Positions 8,062 through 17,338 of a stretch of DNA of 54,767 bases are shown here, in pieces. This stretch comes from Planctomycetota bacterium (lineage in GTDB: Bacteria > Planctomycetota > UBA1135), in NCBI GenBank assembly GCA_036396955.1, contig DASWJW010000235.1, forward strand, positions 1 through 54,767. Direction: 5' to 3'. The notes under the pieces are model-generated. The model saw only the letters and a program-made list of their open reading frames with translations. It searched no databases and was not told the origin of the DNA. How positions within the stretch are numbered: position 1 is the first letter of the stretch; each line of letters starts with the position of its first letter. The translations under genes and the position numbers were made by a program.

Positions 8062-9595
8062 CTAGCGGGGCGTCTTGGGCGGCTTGGCCCACCAACTCCG
8101 GAAGTCGCGCTCGAAATCGGCCCCGAATGCTGCCGACACGAGTTCCTGGACGCGGGCCGGCGCCGGCTCGTAGCGGCCCCCGCCTTGGGCGCGGGAGTCC
8201 TCCGCCATGCCGGCGAGCAGCCGCGCAAAGCCTTCCCGGTCCGCTTCCAGGCCATAGACTGCGAAGGCGAACGCGAAGCGCGCGAGGTCTTCGTCGAAAG
8301 GCCGCGCCGGGTAGGCGTAGAGATCGGGAAGCGGCCGCTGGTTCTTGGCGACCAGCCTGGAGGCGTCGTTCCGCCACCCGCCGTGCGCGAGCACCGAGAC
8401 GAAAGAGTCGCGGTACCAGTTGGCCCAGATCTCCCCGAAGGCCCGCTCTTCGCCCGCGCAGGCCACGCCTTCGGCAAGCCACAGCGGCAGGCTGCCGAAG
8501 CGACGGCTCAACTCCTGGTGCACCAATCGCGGCGCAGAGCGCACGGTAAAGATCCGGATCGGCGATCATCAGCGCGAGCAGCGGCGGCCCGCCGGTGACC
8601 TCTCGCGAATCGGCACCGAGGGCCTTCTCGAGGTGACCGAAGACGAGGCCGACCTTCTTGAACGCGTCCCGTCCTTCCCGGGCGCGGAAATCGGTGAGGA
8701 TGCGGAAGCGGCCGCCGCGGTCGTCGTAGCTCTCGATCCCGCGGACTTCCAGAGTCGCCGCGATCGCTTCGAGGACCACCGCATTGCGCGCACTGGGACC
8801 GCCTTCGGTGCCGACCCCTCCCCACCAGGCCGCCGCGCGGTTCAAGAAATCGTGGCCGAGCACGCTCTTGAAGACTTCGGTCTGCAACGCGGCACCGGGC
8901 TCCCAGGCTTCCTCCGCGCCGATGCACGGACGTCTCGAGGCGAGGGTCGCGATCAATTCGCCCAGGCGTGCCGGCTCGGCCGCGACCAGCCACAGGCCGA
9001 GCGCGAATTGACCATGGGCTCGCGACTGCTCGAAACGCGTGCCGCTCTCCTTGCTCAAGCCCGCGATGTCGAAGCCGTTCGTGTGCACCTGGAGCGCCGC
9101 GCCCGAGCGCCAGCCCTGGTAGTACGCCGCGTCGAGGTCGCCCCCCGGGTGGAAGTTGAAGCCATAGACGCCGCCGGCGAGTTCGTCCTGGAGGGCGTAG
9201 CCAAGAGCTTCGCCGATCCAGAACGGCAATCGGCCGTAGCGGCGCACCAATTCGAGCGGCCAGGCCATGTGCGCGAGCTGGTATTCGGAACCCTTCACCA
9301 GCGCGGTGCCGGCGTCGTGGCGCACCACGGCTAGCAAGGGCGCCCAGTGCTGGATCCGCGGGTACGTCGCCGCGGGAACCCGCGAAAACCAGGTGCCGCG
9401 GGCCGCGAGAGCCGGGTCCACGCTGGCGTAGACACACCAGCGGCCGTCGTCGGCTTGGTGCAAGGTCCAGTTCCGCTCCTCGGCAACGGCATCGAGGAAT
9501 CCCGCGGGAGGACCCTGAGCGACGAGCGAAGTTGCACACGCGACACCAAGGGTCGCGATTGCCAGGGAGCGGCGGATCATGAAGGCGGCGATCAT
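8062..9595 (-). pseudogene. secreted protein with two tandem degenerate MA-peptidase-like (DUF1570-like) repeats, reading frame broken near 8527..8565
   Basis: Frame A (9595 downward) looks protein-like until ...LMIADPDLYRALCAA, then turns into an R-rich tail. Frame B (8544..8062) continues with RLVHQELSRRFGSLPLWLAEGV, which parallels the first repeat LELVRRYGRLPFWIGEAL. Confidence 0.5.
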
Positions 9596-9818
9596 GTGCG
9601 GACGAGCCGGTCTCGAAACAGGGAGTGGGCCGCCATGGTGGACCAGCGCGCATCAACGGGGATTGGGACGGCCTCCTCTAGTCCCTTCTTTGAGAATCCA
9701 TCACGCCTATTTCGGCGGGAAATGCTCGCAACGTTGCGCAAGCCGCAGGACTCGGCGCAAGCGCGGGGTTCCTGCGCGCCGAACGGCGTTTTGCGGCGCG
9801 CTCGCGCGGAACGGAAGG

Positions 9819-9853
9819 CCGCGGCGCATCCCATGTCACGGGATGCGCCGCGG
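9819..9853 (-). terminator. perfect 14-bp stem / 7-nt loop hairpin downstream of the anti-sigma/vWA gene
   Basis: CCGCGGCGCATCCC-atgtcac-GGGATGCGCCGCGG, starting 22 nt after the stop at 9875. The following tract on the minus strand (CCUUCCGUUCC) is only weakly U-rich. Confidence 0.5.
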
Positions 9854-9874
9854 TAACCACGCCCGAGGCGCGGG

Positions 9875-12649
9875 CTAGCGGTCTTGGAGCATCAAGTCCC
9901 GGATCCGCCGTTCCAGTTCGTCGTTGCGCTTGCGCAACTCTTCGAGCGCGTGGCCGGTGTCGACCTTTGCTTCGATCAGCTCGGATTCGGCCTCGAGCAG
10001 GCGCATGCGCCGCGCTTCTTCGACCAGCAAGGCCAGCTCGCCTTCGGGCGGCAACGCGGCGATCGCGCGCGCGCTCTTGTGGATGAGTTCGGCGAGTTCG
10101 CGCACGGTCGCGTCTCCCGGCCGCTCGCGCCTCAGGCGGTCGGCTTGTTCTTCCAGCGCGCGGTAGGAATCGCCCCGCGCCCAGAAGCTGCGCCGCAGGA
10201 CTTCGGAGAACTGCGCCGCCACGGCGGAGACCCGGAACGCCGCCGGGGAGGCCTCGAACGAGCCCTTGCGTTCGGCGAGGGTCAGCGCCCGCTCCATCTC
10301 CACGGCTTCGGTCTCGCCGTCGGGCTTCCAGCGCAAGCGCACGGTCGCCAGCGGCGCCGGCCGGGTATCGGCCTTGGCGAGCCCGCCGATCTCCTCGATC
10401 TCGTAGAGGGCCACGACTTCGTGGCCGGCGCCGACTTCGCCCGCATCGACGGCGTCGTTGCGGAAGTCGGCGTGCTCGAGCGAGCGGTTCTCGTAGCCGA
10501 GCAGGCGCCAGCGCAGCACGGTCGACGGATCGAACTCCACCTGGATCTTCACGTCGCGGGCGACGGTCTGCAGCGTTCCGGTGAAGCGGTCCACGAAAAC
10601 CCGCTTGGCTTCGTCGAAATCGTCGACGTAATGGCAGGAGCCGTTGCCCTTGTCGGCGATCTGCTCCAGGAAGACGTCGTTGTGGTTGCCCATGCCGACG
10701 CCGATGGCGGTGAGGTCGACCTGCCGTTCGCTGAACGCCCGGACGCGCTCCAGGATGAGCTGCTGGTCGGTCTCGCCGGTGTTGGCGACCCCGTCCGAGC
10801 ACAACACGATGCGGTTGACCCCGCCCTCCACGAAGCCGCGCTCGATCAAGTCGTAGCCGAGCACCAGGCCGGCTTCGGCGTTGGTCGAACCGCCGTGGGT
10901 CAGGCTGCGCACGGCCTCGCGGATCACCCAGCGCTCGCGGCCGGGAGTCGGCTCGAGCACCAGCTTGGCGTCGCCGGCGAAAGTGACGATGCCGACGTGG
11001 TCGTCGTCGCGCAGCTGGTCGACCAGCAGCTCGAGCGAACGCTTGACCAATTCGAGACGGTTCTGCTTGCCCATCGAGCCGCTGGAATCGATCACGAACA
11101 CCAGGTTGAGCGGCTTGCGGGACTCGCGGTCGACTTCGCGGGCCTTGAGCCCGACCTTGAGCAGGCCGACGTTGCCGCCGTGGCCGAAGCCGCTGGGCGC
11201 GTATTCGAGCTGGATGGCGAAGTCGCCATCGTCGGGAGCCTTCAGCCCGCTGTCGAAGTAGTTCACGAACTCCTCGGTGCGGACCGCCGCCTTGGGCGGC
11301 AGGAAGCCCTGCTGCAAGTAGTTGCGCACCAGCGGGTAGGACGCCGTGTCCACGTCGGCGGCGAAGGTGCTCATGGCGTCGCTGCGCGAGTTCACGAACG
11401 CGTTGTCGCCGTAGTAGCGGAAGAACATGTCCCGCGGCGTTTCCGCAGGCCGGCGGTGCAGGTAGTCGTGGATCACGCGCTCGCCGCGGTGCCGGCGGCC
11501 GTAACCGTCGACCACGATCCAGCCGGGTTCCGACCCGCCCCCGCCGATCGTCAGATCGTCGTCGCCGAGGCCACCGAAGAATCCAAAGCGGCCCGCGTCC
11601 AGATCGAGCGACTCCATGCCCCAGACACCGGTGTCGGTCCGCGTCGTCGCATCGGGTTGTTCGAAGTTCAGGGTCACGCCGAGCACCGCTTCGCCATCGC
11701 CGGACCGCGTGACATCGCGAGAGCGGAGCTGCTGTTGCAGGTCGGCTACGCCCTTCGGCGCGGCCGACGCGGGAGCCGCGGCGGGAGCCGCAGGCACGAA
11801 GCCGGCGCGCCGTTCTTGCTCCGCGAGGTGCGGAAAGCCCCGCGTGATTTCCGCGGGTGAACCCGTGGCCCCCGCAGCAGCGGAGTCGCCCGGCGTGCCG
11901 GGCAAGCTGCGCCGCGTCGGTTCCTGCCCCGCCGGAGCGACGTGCAGGACGCTCAGGTTCTCGGCTTCGGACCGCGAGGGGAGCACCGACAGCGTGTCCA
12001 ATGCGCGCGCGGGCAGCAACTTGTCCATGGGGATCGCGTTGCCCGCGACGTCCTGCCCCAACTTGTATTCCAGAACGGTTCCACCGAGAGCGATCGCGGC
12101 GTCCATGCTCGCATCCTTCAAGGTGACTCCGAACTCCGCGAAGGGCTCGCCGGCGGCGAAAGCCTCGCGGTCGAGACCGCCCGCGCCCGCGGGGCTCTGC
12201 GGCCGCGCGTTGGTTTCTTCGCTCACTTCGGGCCCGAGCTGGTCGTGCAGGCCGAGCCGGTCGGAGCCGAAGTAGTCGACGGCGAGCAGCAGCGCCGCGG
12301 CGATTCCGGCGAGCGTGGTCGCTCGGCCCCAGATCCGCGACCTTGCCGGCGGCGTTGCCAACAGCGTGTCGCGCGGCACCTGCGCTCCAGCGGCCGGGCT
12401 CGCGGCAGCCGCGGCGGCGGCTTGGCGCAGGGCCGAGCGCCGGTCGGCGCCGAGCGCGCCACCGGGCAGCGCCGCCTCGCGGAACACGGCGAGGGTCGCG
12501 CGCAGCTCTTCGCAGCGTGCGCGCAAGCCGGCGTCATCGGCGAGCGCGGCCTCGATCTCGGCGCAGCCGGCCGGGTCGAGCTCGTCGAGCAGGTAATCGG
12601 TGAGGCGCTCGTCGATCGAGCGCGGGCGGGTTTCGTCGTAGTTTTCCAT
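9875..12649 (-). CDS. anti-sigma factor fused to a periplasmic von Willebrand factor A (YfbK-like, vWA + DUF3520-type) domain
   Basis: N-terminal anti-sigma-type region (DERLTDYLLDELDPAGCAEIEAAL), one TM helix (TTLAGIAAALLLAV), and a vWA MIDAS motif VFVIDSSGSM...GGSTN...CSDG. ATG at 12649 lies 14 nt after the sigma gene stop. Confidence 0.85.
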   Translation of the reverse strand: MENYDETRPRSIDERLTDYLLDELDPAGCAEIEAALADDAGLRARCEELRATLAVFREAALPGGALGADRRSALRQAAAAAAASPAAGAQVPRDTLLATPPARSRIWGRATTLAGIAAALLLAVDYFGSDRLGLHDQLGPEVSEETNARPQSPAGAGGLDREAFAAGEPFAEFGVTLKDASMDAAIALGGTVLEYKLGQDVAGNAIPMDKLLPARALDTLSVLPSRSEAENLSVLHVAPAGQEPTRRSLPGTPGDSAAAGATGSPAEITRGFPHLAEQERRAGFVPAAPAAAPASAAPKGVADLQQQLRSRDVTRSGDGEAVLGVTLNFEQPDATTRTDTGVWGMESLDLDAGRFGFFGGLGDDDLTIGGGGSEPGWIVVDGYGRRHRGERVIHDYLHRRPAETPRDMFFRYYGDNAFVNSRSDAMSTFAADVDTASYPLVRNYLQQGFLPPKAAVRTEEFVNYFDSGLKAPDDGDFAIQLEYAPSGFGHGGNVGLLKVGLKAREVDRESRKPLNLVFVIDSSGSMGKQNRLELVKRSLELLVDQLRDDDHVGIVTFAGDAKLVLEPTPGRERWVIREAVRSLTHGGSTNAEAGLVLGYDLIERGFVEGGVNRIVLCSDGVANTGETDQQLILERVRAFSERQVDLTAIGVGMGNHNDVFLEQIADKGNGSCHYVDDFDEAKRVFVDRFTGTLQTVARDVKIQVEFDPSTVLRWRLLGYENRSLEHADFRNDAVDAGEVGAGHEVVALYEIEEIGGLAKADTRPAPLATVRLRWKPDGETEAVEMERALTLAERKGSFEASPAAFRVSAVAAQFSEVLRRSFWARGDSYRALEEQADRLRRERPGDATVRELAELIHKSARAIAALPPEGELALLVEEARRMRLLEAESELIEAKVDTGHALEELRKRNDELERRIRDLMLQDR

Positions 12650-12663
12650 TTCCAGGCTTCCCT

Positions 12664-13239
12664 TCAGGCCAGCAGGCCGGCGGCGCGGAGTCGGTCGGTG
12701 AGCGCGTTCATGCCCGTGTGCACGAGCCAGCCGATGTAGCCGGACTTGAGCCCGGTCACTTCGGCGATCTGGGCGTAACTCAAACCCTCCTGGACCTTGA
12801 GTCGCAGGACCTCCCGCTGTTTGGCGGGAAGCCGTTCGAGCTCGCGGCCCACGAGGGCGTGCATCTCCCGCGTCTCCGCGGGGTGTTCCGCCGTTATGTC
12901 GATCTCGTCGCGAGAGACTTTCTCCCGACGCTGCCGTTCGCGCTGTTCCGATTTCATGTTGTCGTAGGCTAGGTTGCGGCACACCCGGAACAGCCAGGCG
13001 CCGATGGCGCCGTTGCCGGCCGGATCCGGGGGTGACTTCGCGAGACGGAGCAGGGTTTCCTGGACGGCGTCTTCCGCGGCCGCGGCGTTGCGAAGGGTCG
13101 CCCGCGCAAAACGCAGCAACGCTCCTTCGTAACGTTCGACCAGCGACTCGAAGGCGGCCAGGTCCCCGCCACGGAAGCGGGTGACCAGGTCGCCGTCGGG
13201 AGGCTCTGAAGTCCCTTCCATCCGGCTCACTGCAGACAA
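12664..13239 (-). CDS. ECF (sigma-70 family, group IV) RNA polymerase sigma factor
   Basis: Region 2 (FESLVERYEGALLRFA, VQETLLRL) and region 4 (LPAKQREVLRLKVQEGLSYAQIAEVTG). The TTG start at 13239 is preceded by AGGAGG with an 8-nt spacer. Confidence 0.9.
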   Translation of the reverse strand: MSAVSRMEGTSEPPDGDLVTRFRGGDLAAFESLVERYEGALLRFARATLRNAAAAEDAVQETLLRLAKSPPDPAGNGAIGAWLFRVCRNLAYDNMKSEQRERQRREKVSRDEIDITAEHPAETREMHALVGRELERLPAKQREVLRLKVQEGLSYAQIAEVTGLKSGYIGWLVHTGMNALTDRLRAAGLLA

Positions 13240-13302
13240 ACGACGGGCCTCCTGGGCTCTTTGGGAATTCCTGTTGCGACCCGCGGCCGGGCCGCCGGGC
13301 GT

Positions 13303-14535
13303 CTATGCGACGCCGTGGCGACGCAGCACGGCGTCGCGGTAGTCCAGGATACGCCGCACGAACGCGCGCTTTTCCAGGTAGCTGCCCGGAAAGAACGAGC
13401 GCTTGAAGCCGTAGAGGATCAGATCGCCGACCTGCTTGGCGTCCAGACGGAAGGTCTGGGTCGCCAGCTCCAGTTCGCGCGTGGCCGTGGTGCGCGAGAC
13501 CAGGCGGTTGTCGGTGCAGATCGCGGTCGAGAGCTTCTCGCGGAGCATGCGCCGGAACGGGTGCCGTTCGAGCGTGCCCAGCTCGGGAAGGGTCTGCAAG
13601 TTGGAGCTCAAGCAGACCTCGAGCGTGATCCGGCGGTCGCCGATGTAGCGGACGAGCTCGGCGACGTAACGACGGCGGTTCTTGATGCGGCGGTCGCGGA
13701 TCCGCCCGGCGCTGAACAGCCAGGTGCCGTGGCCGATACGCTCGGCGTGGCAGTCGGTGATCGCCTGGAAGATCGACTCGGGGCCGTAGTCCTCGCCCGC
13801 GTGCACGGTCTTGCCGAGGAAGGCCTGGTGGGCGAGCCGGTACGCGCGGGAGTGGTCGGCCGCCGGGTAGCCGTGCTCCATGCCGGCAAGGTCGACGCCC
13901 ACCACGGGTACCCCGGCTTGGTCGCGCGCCCGCACGCTGGCGTGCACGAGCGTCTCGCTGGCGATTCCGAACACCTGTTCGCGCGGCAGGTCGGCGAGCG
14001 CGTGGGAGAGGTCGCCATAGGTGCGAGAGAACACCGGTTCGAAGAAGCGCAGCGCGCACACCAGGATGCCGGCTCGAAACGGCGGTTCCGTACCGTCTTG
14101 GACGGCCTTGCGGCGGTTGAAGGCGCTCTCGGCGCGTTCGATGCCGCGCCCGACCGCCTTCAGCACCGCATCGATGCCGAAGCCTGGCCGCGAGTGCAGT
14201 TGCGGCGCGAAACGGATCTCCATGTAGCGCACGCCTTCGGCCTGCGCGTCGCGGCACAGCTCCCAGGTGGTGCGCTCGAGCGCTTCATGGTCCTGAAGCA
14301 CCGCGCAAGTGTAGGCGAAACCCTTGAGATACTCGCCGAGGCTCCGGTAGCGGCGTTTGAAGACCGTGCGGTGCAAGCCCTCGACCGTGTTTGCCGGCAA
14401 GCGCACGCGCCGTGTATGCGCCAACTCGATCAAGGTCTCGGGGCGCAGCGAGCCGTCCAAATGGACGTGCAGGTCGCTCTTGGGCAAGTCCGCGAGCAGT
14501 TCGGGCGCGAGGAAAGGACGGCGCGCGGCGGGCAC
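13303..14535 (-). CDS. add: adenosine deaminase family protein
   Basis: Metal-binding signature SDLHVHLDGSL, later VHAGE, HGT and the C-terminal TDN motif. Confidence 0.88.
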   Translation of the reverse strand: MPAARRPFLAPELLADLPKSDLHVHLDGSLRPETLIELAHTRRVRLPANTVEGLHRTVFKRRYRSLGEYLKGFAYTCAVLQDHEALERTTWELCRDAQAEGVRYMEIRFAPQLHSRPGFGIDAVLKAVGRGIERAESAFNRRKAVQDGTEPPFRAGILVCALRFFEPVFSRTYGDLSHALADLPREQVFGIASETLVHASVRARDQAGVPVVGVDLAGMEHGYPAADHSRAYRLAHQAFLGKTVHAGEDYGPESIFQAITDCHAERIGHGTWLFSAGRIRDRRIKNRRRYVAELVRYIGDRRITLEVCLSSNLQTLPELGTLERHPFRRMLREKLSTAICTDNRLVSRTTATRELELATQTFRLDAKQVGDLILYGFKRSFFPGSYLEKRAFVRRILDYRDAVLRRHGVA

Positions 14536-14575
14536 GGGGCTACTTTAGTGCGGCGCGCACGGCGAGACTAAGTGC

Positions 14576-15613
14576 ATGGAACCGGCCAGCTCCGCGGACG
14601 TGCTGCAGCTTGGCTGGCAGCTGCCATTCGAGCTGCTCGACCTCGCGCCGCAGCGCGGCACGGTGCAGCTTGCCGCGGTGACGGCAGAAGGCGCCGTGTA
14701 CGCGCCGGCGGCCGATCCGAGCCCCGCCGAGAGCGAGGCCGACTCGGCCACTTTCGACGCCGACTTGCACGGCGCTGCCTATGCCGTGGCCGCTCGCCTC
14801 CCGGATGGAAGCACGAAGGTCGCGGCCAGCGACGCGGCGTCGGCCAGCCTGGCCGCGAGCTGGCTGGCGGCGCGGCCCGGGCCCGCGGCGTGGCTCTTGA
14901 AGGTCGAAGCCGGCGCGGTCGAAGTCCTGCGCGGTCCGGAACCGGTGGTCCCACGGGCTGCCCGCGGGGGCCCGGTGGCTCTGCTGGTGGACCTGGGCAT
15001 GGTCCTCGTCGGCTTCGACCGCGGCGCCCTGGCCCGGCACTTCCGGCTCGCGTTCGGCCGGCCCGCGCCGCTGGCCGGCATCGCTCGCGTCGAAGCAATG
15101 CGCGCCGACCTCGAGGCCGGCCGTTTGCTGGCCGACGACTTCCTCGACGCCGCCCGCGAGCCGCTCCAGCTCGCTCGCGCCGAACAAGCGGCGTTCGCGC
15201 GCGTCTGGGGTTCGATCCTCGCGGCGCGGCCCGACTCGGTCGCGCTGGTGCGGAGCGCGGCGGCGCTGCCCGAGGTGGCCGTGGCGGTGGTGAGCAACAC
15301 CGATCCGATCCGCTTGCGCTGGTGCCGCGAGGAATTGGCGCTCGGCGATCTGCTCGAATGGGTCGCGGCGAGCTGTCAGGACGGAGTGAATCCCAAGGGC
15401 GTCGACGCCTCGATGTGGGAGCGCGGCCGCGAGCTCGCCGCGGCGCAGCTCGGCGTCCGACCCGCCGTGGTGATCGGAGTCGACGACGTGCGCGGTCATC
15501 TCGCGCGCGCGGTCGCGGCCGGAGTCGTGACGCGGCCGGTGCACTACCGGCACTTCGCGCAGTTCCGCTACGCGCTGGGAGCCGCGGGGCTCTACCTGCC
15601 CCAAGCGCGCTAG
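14576..15613 (+). CDS. hypothetical protein with C-terminal HAD-like hydrolase fold
   Basis: The C-terminal half has a HAD-like layout (LLVDLGMVLVGFD ... VVSNTD ... GVDD). The N-terminal ~130 aa are low complexity and the start is uncertain. Confidence 0.55.
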   Translation: MEPASSADVLQLGWQLPFELLDLAPQRGTVQLAAVTAEGAVYAPAADPSPAESEADSATFDADLHGAAYAVAARLPDGSTKVAASDAASASLAASWLAARPGPAAWLLKVEAGAVEVLRGPEPVVPRAARGGPVALLVDLGMVLVGFDRGALARHFRLAFGRPAPLAGIARVEAMRADLEAGRLLADDFLDAAREPLQLARAEQAAFARVWGSILAARPDSVALVRSAAALPEVAVAVVSNTDPIRLRWCREELALGDLLEWVAASCQDGVNPKGVDASMWERGRELAAAQLGVRPAVVIGVDDVRGHLARAVAAGVVTRPVHYRHFAQFRYALGAAGLYLPQAR

Positions 15614-16833
15614 CCGGCGCCCGAGGCGTAGAGCAGCGAGTGCACGGCCTGCAGCAGGAAGCGCACGGGCAGCGCCACGAACACGCCGAGCACGTAGCCG
15701 CCGATCGCCAGCAGCACGCCGACGGGCGCCAGGGCCGGATGGAAAGCGCTCGCGACGATCGGCGCGGACGCCCCCCCGCCGATGTTGGCCTGCGAGCCGA
15801 CCGCCAGGAAGAAGATCGGCGCGCGCAGGATCCGGCGCAGCATCAGCAGGATGCCGATGTGGATCAGCATCCAGGTCGCGCCGATCACCAGCACGCCGGT
15901 GTTGTCAGGATCCAGGATCTCGGCGAACACGGCCTTGGCGCCGATCGTGGCGACGAGCAGGTACAGGAACACCGAACCGACGGCGCTCGCGCCAGCGCCT
16001 TCGAGCCTGCGCAGCCTGGTGAAGGAAAGGCCGAGCGCCGCGGCGGTGGCCAGCACCACCACCCAGGTGAAGCGGCCGATGTCGTCCACGAAGGGCATGT
16101 GCTGCGCCAGCGCCTGGCTGAGCGCAGTGGCGCCGAACGCGAGCCCCGCCATGAGCAGGAGGTCGGGCAAGTTGGTGGGCCGTGCCACCGAAGCCTGGAA
16201 TTCGGCGACGGTGTCGCGCACCCGGTCGATGCTGCTGCGGTCCGCGCCCATCTTCTCGTCCATGGCCTTCTCGCGGCCGGCGAAGAACAGCAGCACGGCC
16301 ATCCAGATGTTCGCCACCGCGACGTCGACCACCACCATCAACGCCAGGATCGAAGAGCCGGCGCCGGCGCCCTCGCCCATGGCGACGAAATTGGCGCCGC
16401 CACCAATCCACGAGCCCGCGAGCGCCGCGAGGCCGCGCCAGGCTTGATCGTGCAGCTCGACCGGGAGCATCCAGCCGAATGCGGCGTAGGCCAGCGGTCC
16501 GCCGATCACGATCGACACCGTGGCGCCGAGGAACATGACCAGCGCGAGGAAGCCGAGCCCGAGGATGGCCTTGACGTCGACGGCCAGGACCAGCAGGAAC
16601 AGGCTCGCCGGAAGCAGCCACTCCTTGATGAACACGTACAGCGCGAACTTCTCGTCCGTCGGGATCAGTCCCGCGTTGCTCATGGCCGTGGGCACGAAAT
16701 AGGCGAAGACCAGCAGCGGCACCACCTTGAAGACGCGCCCCCACTTCCGATGGGAATTGGCAACGAACAGCAGCGCCAGGGTTCCCAGCAGCAAGGCCAG
16801 GACGGCCATCGGCTCTTGGATCACGGCGTCCAT
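15610..16833 (-). CDS. DUF819 family membrane protein
   Basis: About 10-12 TM segments with sequence typical of DUF819 (VPLLVFAYFVPTAMSNAGLIP). Overlaps the convergent upstream gene by 4 nt. Confidence 0.8.
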   Translation of the reverse strand: MDAVIQEPMAVLALLLGTLALLFVANSHRKWGRVFKVVPLLVFAYFVPTAMSNAGLIPTDEKFALYVFIKEWLLPASLFLLVLAVDVKAILGLGFLALVMFLGATVSIVIGGPLAYAAFGWMLPVELHDQAWRGLAALAGSWIGGGANFVAMGEGAGAGSSILALMVVVDVAVANIWMAVLLFFAGREKAMDEKMGADRSSIDRVRDTVAEFQASVARPTNLPDLLLMAGLAFGATALSQALAQHMPFVDDIGRFTWVVVLATAAALGLSFTRLRRLEGAGASAVGSVFLYLLVATIGAKAVFAEILDPDNTGVLVIGATWMLIHIGILLMLRRILRAPIFFLAVGSQANIGGGASAPIVASAFHPALAPVGVLLAIGGYVLGVFVALPVRFLLQAVHSLLYASGAG

Positions 16834-16839
16834 CGCGGG

Positions 16840-17313
16840 CTAGGCGTGGTGCGACGGGCCGAAATCGGGCGGCGGCGGCATGCCGGGTCCGCCGCCCGGC
16901 GCCTGGAAGCCGCCCGGAGCCGCTTGCAACTCGACGTGGTCGATCTGGTGCACGGGATAGTCGATCGGCTGGCCGTCGATCTTGAGCCGGAACACGTAGC
17001 GGCCGAATTCTTCGAACGGCATGCTCGCCAGGCGGATGACCGCGCGCGCCTTGGCGCGCCGCTCCTGCAAAGCGATGGCCGGCAGCTGGAGGTCGAGGAC
17101 CTTGCCGCTCGGCGCGACGATCTGCAAGCCGATGTCGTACTGCCCCGCGCCGTCGGTGAGGCCGATCGCCGCGCAGATCATGGGCAGCCGCCCGGGGAGG
17201 CGCACCGAATGCAGCGCGTCGAACATCCCGATCAGGCACAGCTTGCCGTGTTCGTCGCGAAACGCGTAGTCGCAGATGTGGAGCCACTCGAGCGTCGGCA
17301 GGGGCTTGCCCAT
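16840..17313 (-). CDS. hypothetical protein (small beta-rich domain plus Pro/Gly-rich tail)
   Basis: Protein-like composition from MGKPLPTLEWLHICDYAFRDEHGKLCLIGMFD. Upstream of that, the tracked ORF is R-rich junk. It resembles an uncharacterised DUF family, but I recognise it only weakly. Confidence 0.6.
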   Translation of the reverse strand: MGKPLPTLEWLHICDYAFRDEHGKLCLIGMFDALHSVRLPGRLPMICAAIGLTDGAGQYDIGLQIVAPSGKVLDLQLPAIALQERRAKARAVIRLASMPFEEFGRYVFRLKIDGQPIDYPVHQIDHVELQAAPGGFQAPGGGPGMPPPPDFGPSHHA

Positions 17314-17338
17314 CACCCGCCCACAGTAGCGGCGCCGC

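Noticed and set aside
8048-8530. C-terminal ~160 aa of the 515-aa ORF 8048..9595 as genuine protein sequence.
   Set aside because: The composition switches abruptly to an R/G/P-rich tail (RRRGLRGRRAGLRGD...). The overlapping frame 8062..8544 encodes a protein-like sequence homologous to the first half, so a frame break is more likely.
9579-9878. Small ORFs (99 aa on the plus strand, 80 aa on the minus strand) inside the 9596..9874 gap.
   Set aside because: R-rich, Cys-scattered translations with no RBS or family resemblance. The region is better explained by terminator and promoter structure.
13240-13302. Possible ECF-type autoregulatory promoter (GGAAT ... CGTC) upstream of the sigma gene.
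   Set aside because: The spacing between the GGAAT and CGTC elements is 21 nt, well outside the 16-17 nt typical of ECF promoters. The CGTC also lies between the AGGAGG Shine-Dalgarno sequence and the TTG start.
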